Shown here: piece after piece, positions 16,396 to 41,150 of the stretch
Numbering within the stretch: position 1 is the stretch's first letter
Layout: every line of letters begins with the position of its first letter
Position numbers and translations under genes: made by a program
Notes under the pieces: generated by a model
Told to the model about the DNA's origin: nothing
What the model saw: the letters and a program-made list of their open reading frames with translations, nothing else
Database searches by the model: none
Assembly: GCA_012295275.1 (NCBI GenBank)
Contig: CM022669.1
Span: 2,046,001 to 2,110,000 of the forward strand
Reading direction: 5' to 3'
DNA from: Chrysomallon squamiferum
Taxonomy: Eukaryota > Animalia > Mollusca
Length of the DNA stretch: 64,000 nt

Positions 16396-18351
16396 ATTAT
16401 TATTATTATTATTAAAGACAAATGTAACACAAAATGAACAATAATAAGGATGAAATAAAGATGATGATGATGGTGATGATGATGATGATGACCATGACAG
16501 TAACAACAGCAAATATTAAAATAAGATTTCACTAACTGACTGGTATGGTCTGTCCTGTAACTTTGTCTGCCCACCCAGCGTAGTAGCGGAGGGTGCTGCT
16601 GCTCTGTGCATCTATGAAGAAAGCAGAAGCAAAGGACTTGCCATTGTTGAGACATTCCAGACTCTGAGGACAAAAAGTGAAATATGCCTGGATACAAATA
16701 CTTTACAAATGACATTACGGAGACATTCCAAACTGTCAACACAAAAATGTTACACAAATTAACAGTCAAAATTAAAATAAATAATAATAATTGTTATAAT
16801 GTTTTTATTCACTTGTGCAGGTTGGTATACATATTTGATAAGGTTCGTGACACTATTTCTCAGTGGAAGCAATGATTAACACTGTAAAGTGAAATGTTTA
16901 TAAAACTAATTATTACGGCTATGTAACCACAGTCTCTTTCTAGCAGGTCTGCCAGTTTGTTCAACAGCTGACCTCTCTCACTGGCATCCATTATCTGCCA
17001 TGCTGAGCCAACATCTAATGCCTTTTTCGCAGCATCTACAGCTTTGTCAACATCGGACTGAAATTATTAATAAACATTTAATATAATTTTGTAAATCTAT
17101 CCATTCATATTCAGATGCAGCTGAACTTTGTAAGCTACTTGATTTCATGTTATTTGATAAATCTGTTAGAAAGTGCTGGAATGGAATCCTCGTTTGCTGT
17201 GGCTTGACGAATGCTTCAGTTTTGTGATGAAGCTTTAATCTGAGGCAAAAGTTGTCCTCAGCATCAATCCCCTCTGCTTCTTTCTAACTTTTAAACAACT
17301 GTTAACAACTGTGATATAAGTCAGTGGAAAATATAAAATATTTATTTGTGACAGAATGGCATTGTTATAATTATCATCATTATTAGTGTATAATTCCTTT
17401 TACTCTTTTTTTTTAAATAATTTATTTATTTATTTATTTATTTATTATTTTATATATTTATTATAGTTTAAATTTTAAATAATGGTTTGAATGTTTTTAC
17501 CTTATCACCTTCTTGGATGTCTGCTATCTTTTCTCCGTTTGCTGGATTCACTGCTGGAAATGTTTTACCACTAACAGAATTTACAAATTCATTGTTGATA
17601 AATAGCTAAAAAAAAAAAAATGTGTCTTGAAATGACTATAAACATAACTCATAAATTAAAACATGTTTTTTAGCTAGATTTATTAATTACTAGAATCCCA
17701 TTAATACACACTGATAACTGAGTAACAAAACCCTTTGTTTATGGTTTCTGCTGTTTGTTGAGGAAAGTTATAAACTATCACACAAACAGAACTGCTATTC
17801 CAACTGATTCTGGAAACATGTGCACAATGTTAGACTCAGTAATAATAAATATTTTATAATATATCAGACAGGCAGTATTTGTTTTTGGTTATCACAAAAA
17901 TTAGTTATCTGTGATGGAAGCTAATTAATTACCAAATGGTGAAATGTTTACAACACGGTAAATACGATATGATACAAAAAACAAGTTAAACAAATCTAGA
18001 ACTGAGTAAAAACTATACTATTATGGGATAATGGATAAACTAGAAACTAAAAAAAACTGGGGAAAAGTGCCTCCCTGCGTGTCCCACTACTATTTACATC
18101 AGTGTTCAGTCCACTGACAAAACAGCCAGTTACTAATTTGGATTAAAACACAGGTCATATCAGACTGAATCGCCTGTTTTCTCTTTATAACCCAGATTTG
18201 AACACACTGTATCTTTAACAGTGTTCCATTTTGTTTTGTTTTTCTGAAACTATCAACATATTCTCTCTTGTACCAAGAATGAAAATCTTACCTGTGTGAA
18301 TTTTATTGCAGGATTTCGTTCAGGTTCTACAGGTGGAAGTGGAAATGCCAT
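11744..18351 (-). CDS. Aldehyde dehydrogenase class 1/2 (cytosolic, retinal dehydrogenase-like), ~496 aa
   Basis: 14 GT-AG exons: 18292-18351, 17501-17605, 16917-17057, 16537-16663, 16229-16290, 15861-15989, 15628-15741, 15067-15169, 14194-14378, 13259-13423, 12833-12990, 12503-12577, 12099-12138, 11744-11770 (1491 nt). Motifs: [35 protein letters not shown] (catalytic Glu), [11 protein letters not shown] (catalytic Cys), [20 protein letters not shown]. The N-terminus ([26 protein letters not shown]) has no mitochondrial leader. Confidence 0.96.
13765..14110. repeat. Degenerate (TAC)n simple repeat
   Basis: Long interrupted TAC/TAT/AAC tract in an ALDH intron. Confidence 0.9.
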
Positions 18352-19192
18352 TATTATGACAAACCTTGCAGCAAAAACAGATTATGCCCGATCTAGTAGC
18401 ATGCATTTACTGCAAGCGCAATCAATATCTGCGAGTAACGTATTTTCTTCTGGAATACGACATCTCTCCAGCATTAGTCTTGATCTGACAGGCCTGTTTA
18501 GTCAATTAAACGATGTTGCGCAGAAAAACAAAATGTTCCCGTGGCGATCAGAGTACGAAGGTCATGTAATTAATACTTCGGGTTCTGTCATGTTCTATCA
18601 CTGTCGCCAGTCATTAAACTAACTAATCTAATTTACTCATAACACTGTTATTCTTTTCTCTTTCAGTGTTTTCTTCTTCTTCTTTTGTCACCATTAAAGA
18701 AAGAAAATGACTTCGCAATTAAAGTCGCAATTTAAAAAAATACAAAAAAAAAACCACAACATTGTTTTGTTTTTATTTTAGAAATGTAATTACATATATT
18801 TATTTGATTCGTTGTTTAAATTTTTGGTTGGGATATTATTCATTATTACGGTTCAGTTTTCGATTTAGCCCAGACTAGATTTCATGTGGACTGAAGAATT
18901 ATAAAGAAACTATATAAACAAATAACTAATAATAAAAAGAAAGAAAAAACAAACAATACATAACAACTAACGAAGAGTAAATATTGTTTAGATATTCAAC
19001 GCTGAGACAGCACATTATTTTTGACTTGATTCTTTATCGATCTGAATTTTCCCCATCGCCAGTCTCCATGGAGATTCGCTATCAATGAATAAAGATCCTT
19101 TTCAAATTGCTGGAATGGTGGAAGGATTTACGATTTGTGACACGGAATTAAATAACTTGATATTTTTATTATGTATATATGCATATTGGTGA

Positions 19193-19259
<67 letters not shown>

Positions 19260-19738
19260 ATATAAATTATTTCTGTTATTTAAAAATAACTAATCATAAT
19301 GAATATTTTGTCAGTAAATGTTGAATGGAACTGTTTGTTATCAGAATACATTGATCTGAAACCAGAACAAAAATCTTGATCTGTTATGTCAGCTTGCTCT
19401 ATTTAAACACGCGCTCTAAGTAGACTGTACACGTCTGATCGATATGTGACTATTATGACTTTCAGTTAAACCCTCAGTCTAAGAAATATACATTCACACA
19501 CCTACTTACACGCACAATTTATATATTACACATACTCAGCTCTCTCTCTAAATACACAATGACATCCTGTGACATACGGACGAGTACATACAAGTACGCT
19601 ATGTCATTGTTATAAAGTTTGGTTCTTCATAATTAACAAAGAGCACGCCAGATCGTGATTTCCATTCATGACTTAATGAAATACAAACTTAATAGTTTGA
19701 CACGTAAACAAAAGAGATTCATATGAACATACAAACAA

Positions 19739-19821
<83 letters not shown>

Positions 19822-19851
19822 AACACAAACACACACAAACACAAACACATA

Positions 19852-19915
<64 letters not shown>

Positions 19916-20313
19916 AAAATTTAATAAAGATAAAAAAGATAAATATTAATAAAATAAAGAAAACAACAACACAACATCCCACACCCGAAAACTCCCCTAA
20001 AAGTAGAGGAAAAACGACAGAGAAAACGAAATGAGATGAGTTTACGATCACTCAGTCTTTTACATACTTTTGCAAATCTGAAATAATTATGAACAAATTT
20101 CTAGTGCCTGTATTTCAGTAATAATATTACTATAAAAAATGGATTTTATTTGCTTATATAATCAGTGAGGTATTATAATTATGTAATATCAGGAACATCA
20201 TTACAATATCTAAAACTGGAACTCAGATTTTATATATAACAGAAATTTTAGATCTCATTTTTATTCCGAAATCCCGGAAAAACTAGAATTAATACTATAT
20301 CGGTTATTTATTT

Positions 20314-20368
<55 letters not shown>

Positions 20369-22467
20369 TGATGATGATAATAATGATAATGATGATGATG
20401 ATAATAATAACAATAATACACTTTCTTATTAACGTAATTTTTCAAACATGAACTTCATCCTTGAATAACGACAGTATCTGAGAACATACGAATAAAACAT
20501 GCATTGGCTTTGCATTCGAGAACCTCTTAGTAAGAGTGTTTGGGCTGTGAGCTGGGTATAAGCGGCAGTGTCTGACTATGGTCAAAGAGCCTTTCAATCA
20601 AACTGCTCATCATTTAACTATTATAACAGCAAAGTCTGTTAGAGTGCAGTTATAATCACTGGTTAAATACAGACATTATCTTAATAGTATCAAATAACGG
20701 CTACCTCTTTATCAGTTTTCCTATTTTAATTATTTAGTCTAAAATTAAAATAATTAATTGTAATATTTGCAATTATTGCGTATAATTAAAGCATTGTATA
20801 TTTCAGCCTATACAGTAACATAAGTATCGGATAATTACATGCATGTCTATATACCAAAACAGACAGTTAAAGAGACGGATGGATAAACAGATAGATCGAT
20901 AGGTAGGTGAGTAGATACTCAGATAGATATTATATTACAAACACATAGTAAACATCTGTGTCTATGGTTACAGGATAACAGCAATAAACAAACATACAAA
21001 TAATAAATTAAAAATAAAAATTATGCATAATACTTATCTATCTTATAAAATATGAAAATCACATTGACTGACTTTTTTTATTCACACTTCAGTGTAATTT
21101 AGTCATCTCTGTTTTGCTCAGTATAGATGCTTAAGTACACTATATCGGGACAATGCATGATGTCACTGAACAAACTTTAGTTTATTTGTGTCTGCTGTTG
21201 ACAAAGATATCTTACAAACAGCGCTGACTTCGTAGCACGATTTATAGATTCTTCAAAGTCTGCCTGACCATAATATTTATCGGTTGTCAATGGTGATTTG
21301 ATTTATTATTCTCCAAGTTGCAACTTGAGAATTAGTGGGTTTGATTTTTCATACATAAAAATATGTATGTTTTACATATATAAACAGAAACAGCAGAAAA
21401 TAATTAGACATAAAAAACACACAGTCACACAAGTGCATCACAAAACCAGTCAGTTTAATCGACTTCACAGCATTCAAACTTCGCATTTTTATTTTTTGTT
21501 TTTGTATTATTATTTCTTTTTCGCCAATATAGCTGTTATATTATTAAAACAAAATATTATAACAATTTTTTAATTACCAGTATTACATTTTACTCAAATT
21601 TATTTTAACTGAAACATTCGGGATTTAAAAAAATAAAATAAAAAGTTCACACTATTCGTAAAACATGTTTTATAATTAAATATTTTACCCGAGATAGGAA
21701 AGTTCACAGCAAAGATTTTGATAAACCAGTCACGGTATACTGGTTGGAATAGGAAATTTCGTTAGCATTAAACGATCTTTAAAAGAATTGTCATATAAAG
21801 GGAAAAAATACTATGTACGGCCTTTGATACATCAATTTTCGAGTACTGGTTGGAATGGAAAAAATCTATTAGCATTGTTATATTAACACCTTCCACTAGA
21901 CATTACAGCTTATACTAACAGAGAACATGGCCGAAATAATTTGTTTAGAGCTTTAAGTTTGCCATCTGTAATAGCATTAAACTTCAGTCTGCCACTTTCA
22001 CTGTCTCTGAATGAGTATTCATTTAGTGTGTTTTCGCATATTTTCCATTCTTAAGACTCTGCTAAAGAACATAACACTAAGAAATATGGTAACAGTTTGG
22101 AAGAATGAATAAGTCTTACTTTTACTTTGTATAAAACAATGCAACTTTATGGATGTTAAAAAACCCAACAACCCCCCCACCCCCCCAAAAAAAGAAGAAA
22201 AAAAAAGAGTAGAAAACCAAAAACAAATCTGGTAATTAAGATAATCTTAAATTTACATATACCGACCCCCCCCAAAAAAAAAAAAATTAAACAATCCCAA
22301 AAGAACCGAAACAAATATAGTTATTACTGTGCATTAGATATATTTCTAAGTTTGTATCTGGATTTTATAGTCCGTTGAATTTATGTTTCTGGTAATGGAG
22401 GTATAATTTTAAGAGTTGAGTTATTTGCAAAATGTGTAGGATTAAATTCTTAACGTCATGATTAAAC

Positions 22468-22481
22468 GTTGTTATGGTAAC
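22468..22481. promoter_or_regulatory. Candidate RFX X-box
   Basis: GTTGTTATGGTAAC fits the GTHNYY-AT-RRNAAC X-box consensus. It lies about 2.6 kb upstream of the putative ATG of the first SAXO-like ciliary gene. Confidence 0.3.
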
Positions 22482-22559
22482 AATGTTTCCGTTCACTTAC
22501 TGTCTCTCCTAGATTTAGCGATAAATTTTGTTTCTTATTGATAAATATCCTGACAATAT

Positions 22560-22648
<89 letters not shown>

Positions 22649-23648
22649 ATGTTAGTTGTTATACGTTTTATATACAGCAGTTGAAATAATGTTTTATCCT
22701 AACAATCACAGGCAGCATGTTTAAGAATATCCTGATTCGCCCCTAATCATGTCTGTATTTTTACATAACACAGAGATCATCCCTTTAAGGTAGGGAACAT
22801 GACAACTCAGTGCACGATTTCAGCCAAACACGTGTACTTTTATTATCCATAAACATTAAATATTCATTCTGGTTTTCACTGTACTTCAAGGGTTGTGTAA
22901 CGAATGTATTAGAGTACTAAACTGTTAATATGGTTTTATTATTAATAAATATAGATTCTTTTATCTGTGAAGTGTGACCACAATGTGGGAAATAATTATC
23001 TACAGCACTGGGAAACATCAATTAAGTATGTCTTTATCGAACGAAATTATGACGTCAGCAGTTACTCGATAACCGTTCCTTTTTTTTCTTTTTTCTTTTA
23101 ATTATATCGATTTTATTACATTTTTATGGCTTCTGAATACTTGAATAAGATGAGAGAGAACACGCGAGCTCCAGGCAGCTCTGAAGCCAGACACTGACGT
23201 TGTCAGGCTTACTCAACCAATATTTCTTAACATACGTACAAATGTATATTAGTATTTTTAATTTATCAAAGGGTGTTACAAATATATGGGAAATAATGTT
23301 TGCTATAAATATGCTATAAATCGCCGCTAATTAGCGTTGGCATAGTGACATGATGTAAGTTATAAATACGCGCTAATTATTGGGATGCAAAATGTAAACG
23401 CTATGCAAACGCCAGATGAACTGAATGCTGTGAAAAGAATGTTATTATTTGATATTTATTAAATTACTTTGACAAATAATAATATTACCTCAATACTCGC
23501 TACTTCATACTGTTTTCTGTTGGTCATTCGGTATCAGATGTAATTTTTATGTTATGTTAAATAATAGTTTATTATTTATATTATACACACACAATACAGA
23601 CGTGAGACAATTAGTGCTGTTGTTAGCTGAAGATGTCCAAAATGCCAC

Positions 23649-23737
<89 letters not shown>

Positions 23738-25076
23738 TAAACAAATTGTTAACGGACTTATATGTTAGTACATATGTTTGTAAGATTTATAAACATAATG
23801 TTTCTTTCAAATCATAAGAGATTGATAATATATATATATATATATATATGTATATGTATGGCATCACAAGATCGCGAACCAGTCACTATTTACAGCGAAA
23901 TGTATTTGAAAAAAAATGATTGTGGAAATGAAATTATAATCTAATCACATTTTTAAACAAGCAAAACAACAGAAAAAACCATGAGTGTTGAGGAACCCAG
24001 TTTAAAAATGAAAGAAATTCGTTTCATGCAAGGATGAAACGGGATATCGGGGGAAAAAATCTTTAGAGAGAAAAAAAAAATCAATTAAATACGTGACCTC
24101 AAAGAGGAAATTACACATTGATTTTTATTTTCGATGTTATTCTTTGACAGGAAAACAACAGTAACAAAATGAAAAACAGTAATTAGTAGATTTATAAAAT
24201 TCTGATGTATCACTATAACTATAAGAACATTTTTTTAATTATTTTTGAAATTAGTTATCTTATTTTTAATTATTTACTGTGTTCTTCTTTTATAAAAAAA
24301 ATAATGTCAGTTATTATCATTATTATTGTTGTTGTTGTTGTTTGCTGTTGTTGTTGTTGCTGCAGTTAATCTAAATGAAAACGTTAATGAGTTCGATATA
24401 AAAGAATAAACTTGTAAAGAGCACCTATCATCCATTATTCCAATTTAATCAATAGCGCTTTAAAATAAATTAATAAATAATAATAACAACAATGATAATA
24501 AATGGAATACAATATATAAATTTATAAACAACAATAATAACAGCATAATAAATATATTTTATGTGACATATTTTGACAGTAAACGTTAATGCGAAAACAG
24601 CTGAACTTGTCTATGTTCGTTCATTTGGTCATTATAGCATCTCCTTCTATCTAATTGTCTTTCTGAAACCGACAAGCAGACAAGTTTTGTTTTCTGAGCG
24701 GCCTCTATGGATGTGTATTTTTATCGGATAATGTTTAAAGCTACTTTTCTGCTTAGCCTAACCGTACTGAACGTAGTCAGGGCGTGCAATACAAACATGA
24801 CCCAGCGTGCTTGACAACGTTCCGCAAGCGGACGACATCGAACAAAAGGACAGTGATGCGACGACACATTGTGGCTTCAACATCGAACTAACGGTGTTAG
24901 TAATTCGAGTTTGTTCTGCCAGCGGTGCCAGAGTGTCTGAGTTTGGACTATGGGTCAGTTTAAAGAAGCGTAAAGATTTCAGAATCGGTCAACTGTTATT
25001 AGGCATAAAGTAAGAGAGAGAACTCTCGTTAAGACTATAATTTTCATTGTGATCAGTCAAGTCTATTAACGGGAAT

Positions 25077-36116
<11,040 letters not shown>

Positions 36117-36709
36117 GGTGAATATAAACTCTAAGAATATTATAAAAGTGCCTATGCTTTCGTTTCGAGTGCAGAAAAGTGTAATATTTTTTATAAATAT
36201 CGCACGTCGATGCACATAACTGTTGTCATAGACACAAATATAATATATACACAAATAACATAATCAGTGCTTTGTGTGAATTAAAAAAGTGCTTTAGTCC
36301 CAAAAATGTTACTAAAATTTTCTTCTTATTATTATATTAGTATTAGTATTATATAAACTAATTATGCTGTAAAATAAATAAGCATACGTAAGCTAAATTT
36401 ATTACATACCTCTTAATTAATCAGAAACAATGAGAAAATAAGCACGTTCCTTTAGAGGTGGCGAGAAGACAAATCACCTCGCTTGTGAGTATGTAATGAC
36501 AATAACATAAATATATACCACTTGACTTAAACCTCTCTGTGACAAATACATAAAGACAATGTTGGGAATCAGCTGATGGATTTTTATTTGATACTATGTC
36601 ATACGTCATTAGAATATATATATTTCACATAGTAAATAATTCTGATATGAATTGAAATATGGAGATATAAACTGATAGGCGATAATTTATATAATAATTA
36701 TAAATGAAT

Positions 36710-36746
<37 letters not shown>

Positions 36747-38718
36747 AAAAATAAGAAAAACTTCATACATTACGTATTCTATAAGTAAATTATTTTATCA
36801 AATTTATAAATAATCTATTAAATATTGTGAAAAAGCCTTTTAAATTAATTTACCACATTTACAAAATATATTTACTGTTTATAAACAGTAAGCACCGTTT
36901 CCTCTTGATATTTTAAAAGACCTTTGATAATATGTTTGAAATAATATTGTCTGGTATACTATGACAGAAATGGTGGGGTTTATTAATTGTGTTTTTCTTG
37001 TGTTAGTCTCAAATAAAAATTAATTATTAAAATATCACATTTCTTTTGTTTTGTATTACAAAATATATACTTTAAAAGCAGTAATTTGAACGTGTAATAC
37101 CAGTTCCGGATTTTATTATTTAATACGTGTATAATACTCTGTTCACGTGAACGAATGAAACAATGATGTTTAACCTCTGTATAAATCAGTAAAAGTAGTT
37201 TGTGAAACAGAGAAATAGAATGTGGACACGGAGAGCTGATGTGAACAGATCTTTGTTCAGAAAATATTATTATATCATTATTATTATCATCGTCATTGTG
37301 GACAGCATCATAGCCATCATCATCATCATCAGTTTCTTTCATTTTCGTTTTCTTTATAAATGATCTCTATTTCAAATATTGTTTAAATGGTTTACACATC
37401 ATTCGTCTAACTTTTTACTTAACTCTAGTTATTACTAAATGTTTGCCTTTTTAAATGAATATACAGGGGGCTAAAATACAGTCATATCTAAATTCAAAGA
37501 ATTACAATACTGTGTTGTTTATGGTTTCTTTTTTTTTCATCATATCCGTTACTGAGATTGCCTTCTAATTAAGATTCAACGAGAAAATTGATAGTTCTTT
37601 TAAAACTGGTAGTTATTTTAATTTTGACTGGTTATAACTTCAAAAGATCGGTCATCTGCATTTATTACTTTATTTGCAACGAATTACTTGTACTGTGAAT
37701 TCAAATAACAGAAAAAACCCCAGAGATAAATAAATATAATGATGTCATACTATTGTCATCATGGTGATAAAAGCAATAAATAGGTAAGTCTATAAGTAAG
37801 TAAATAAATAAAATAAAATAAATATAAATAATGGCCAGTGATAAATAAAACATTAAATACAGCAGCTTTAGAATTAAACTTTAATATTCAAACAACATCA
37901 CAAAAATAAAAATTGTAAATTAAACAAACAAAAATGGATAGAAACATATATTTAACAATAATATTTAACAAATAAAAATATAAAACAAATAAAAAATAAA
38001 AAAGTGAATGTTGAAACAACGATTTCGCGACATCAGTGATGGATTAGATTTTCAAAATATCACCCATCACTGCAGCTGACCAAATCCAAACCAAGAAAAC
38101 CAGAAGCTGTTTTTTCTTCTCTAACTGATCGTGGATTCCAAACAGCACTTTGATTTTTGTTTTATCCCAGTGCTAGAGGTTGTCTTTTTTTGTTCTTGTT
38201 GTTGTTTTGGGGATTTCCTTCGACTACTTCGGATTTCAAAAATGCTTGATGTATTAACGCTAATACATTCTTTTCCCACTAATACTTTTGCTATTGGTAA
38301 TAACACTTATTGCTCCTGCTCACCATTCATGCCTATGGAAATGACGATTAGCATTCCTATTTATTAAATGACGCTTACATCCGCATTTAGGAAAAACTGT
38401 GATTATTAACGTTTGCGCAAATTGGCTACCATTCACGTTTATGAAAATCAAACCATTAATGCATAGCAAAATCACTTTTGTAATAAATATTTTTTATATA
38501 TATATATTCCCGTTAGTATTTGTGAAAATCACAATTGCCTTTTGGGTTTCTGAAAATCACGGTTACCATTCACAAATTTAAGAACCCTGATTAACCTTTC
38601 CTGTTTATATAAAAATCACGTTTATGAAAATCTCGATAACAATTTACCACTGTGAAAAACAATTACTGTTTGTGTTTATGAAAATCATGGTTGCAGTTAA
38701 CATTATTGTAACTTATGT

Positions 38719-39648
38719 TTAATATTCGTATACACAAAAATCACGTTTTGTAGTGGTAGTATAGTTGGTTGACGGCTTTTTGCATAAAGGACAACTCCCA
38801 GGCTTGTATGGCTTTGTTCTGTGAACGCAAAGAGGAAGGAACGAATCATTAAATGTTGTTGTAAAGCTCATTGCTTGTTTTTGCTCCTCACAGGGCTTGG
38901 GTTCTTCATGACATTTGTCCTTATCTGCAGATGAACATACACAATATGTTTTCTGATATCGTCGGACAACATTTCCATCTATATTCTCTTCTGACTTACA
39001 TTTCTCAGACTTTGTGGGTGCGCGCTCCATAAAGGAGAGAGTAAAGTTGGAAACAGGTTTCTTTACCGGCTCCCGCAGGCCTACTCCATCGTGCCAGCGG
39101 TAATTAATCTGATGCATGGTTTGGTAATTCACTTCTCCCTCCGGTTTTTTGTATTTTTCGGGCTCTCTGCAAACATGTGGTTCTAATTTATGTTTTGGGA
39201 AATCACTCCTAAAAGTTGTCGTTCCAACAAATGGTTCTTTTTCTCCAAGAGGTTCTTCCTTCTTTGGTTTAAACTGGGATCTGCATCTCGCACAAAACGC
39301 TGGGAATGAATCTGCGAATGTAGTCATGGTTTCCATTTTAATTTTTGGAGGTGTGTATTCGGCTTTCGGTTTCTTCCTTCTCTGTTCTAGCTGATACGGC
39401 TGGTACATTTCACGGTACACTGTCATATCATCAAGGGGAACATCCAACTTGACGTACTTCTCCACCGGTTTGAATGATTTAGCCCTGTCTCCCACAGGAA
39501 GATGCACTGTATTCCCATAAGCACACTTCGCTGTCGACATGCCTTTAAAAGGAATCTCTGGCGGACAATATTCTTCTTTTTCTTTATACACTTTTTCGGG
39601 TAAATCCCATTTAGCATAATGATCTGTTAGAAATAATAATGACAGATA

Positions 39649-39695
<47 letters not shown>

Positions 39696-41107
39696 ATACA
39701 TACATACATACATACATACAGTATATGACGGGTTTGTAAAGTCTTATTTGTTCTTTGTCCTCCTGCGTCAGTGCATTCCTGAATATTGTCTATGTGCAAA
39801 CGTACGTACCTTGACTTACGAGTGTAATTCGTCCGGTGACCGAGCTCGTAAAACAGCTTGCTCGTTTATTAAATCAATTTTCCCAAATGAAATTAATTGA
39901 AAAACCATTAATCCGTTCCAGCATTCAAAAAAAACCCCACCCCACTTTTTTTATAACGTGTTTTTAAATAAGATAACTGTTTTTATAAATGACAAATATT
40001 ACATAAAACAAAATAAAAAAGAATGTAAAGAAATAAATTCGTTTTGTAAAGTCTGTTTATCTTGGAGATCAGGCAACTTGGCCTAACTGAAAATGCTGGC
40101 GGAGATGGAGGAGACTGGACGAGTTTGTTTGGAATATATCGTAGAAGTCGACTATATGCACACCTCGTTCATGTCTTTCTATGATTTCATACTTTAATTC
40201 AGTCATCCGCTTCTTCTTCTCAGCACTATCCTTTGTACTCACTTTCTTAGGGTCCATGGTCAGAAAAAAGAAATTTGGCAAAATACTGCAGAAAACGCGA
40301 GCACAATATATGCTACTGCGGCGAGGTAACCACGTGAAGCAAACGAGTGAGACGTGGGATCTTGGGCGGATGTTGTATTGTTAGTTGTGCCAACTAGCGG
40401 CGGCGTATCTCGGATTTTGGCTCGCAACTCAAAGCAACTCAGTAAACTCGTAAGTTGGTGCACTCGTGAGTGAAGATACTACTGATATATATATATGAAA
40501 TTAAGGAATAAAAGTCTCTGTTAGAATTATTTATCGGTGTGTGCGTCCGTGCGTACATTACCTTTATAAGTAGATTTTCCTACAAACGGAATTCTTGGCA
40601 TTTTCAGCATTTGCATGTCTTCTGGAAGTTTCTCTGAAATGAACAGGATAGAAAGGACCAGATATATTCTGAAATATATTATATATCTGTGAATACGGTG
40701 TTATTCTTTTGAAATAATTAGTTACAACTTGAAACCAGTTTAATTTCATTAAATTTCACCAGCTCTGCGTAACCGATCTGGTGAGTATTACAAGTCCAAC
40801 AACGAATTTTTGGAATTTAATGGATTCTGAATATGAATTTTATTTATTTATTTGTTTGTTTGTTTGTTTTGTTACCTTTAGAAATATCTTTCGCAGGAAC
40901 TTCTGGTATACACAGTAGTTCCCTCTTATGATGAAGTTTCTCTGAAATATAAAACATACAGAATAATCATATCTGTATTAAAGTTAGTTCACGATTCGCA
41001 CATCATCTGTAATTATTTGTTATTAGTGTTTTAAATACATTAGGCCATTTTGTTTCATGGGTACTAAAACTGTTACAAATTTTAAAGTGTATGTTTGTGT
41101 TTATACA

Positions 41108-41150
<43 letters not shown>

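Noticed and set aside
11744-18351. Inactive omega-crystallin-type ALDH
   Set aside because: The catalytic Cys and Glu and the NAD-binding motifs are all intact, so nothing indicates loss of activity. Lens recruitment cannot be judged from sequence.
38430-38700. Repeated TGAAAATCA motifs downstream of paralog B as a regulatory array
   Set aside because: Spacing is irregular and the sequence is low-complexity and AT-rich, so it cannot be distinguished from a decayed tandem repeat.
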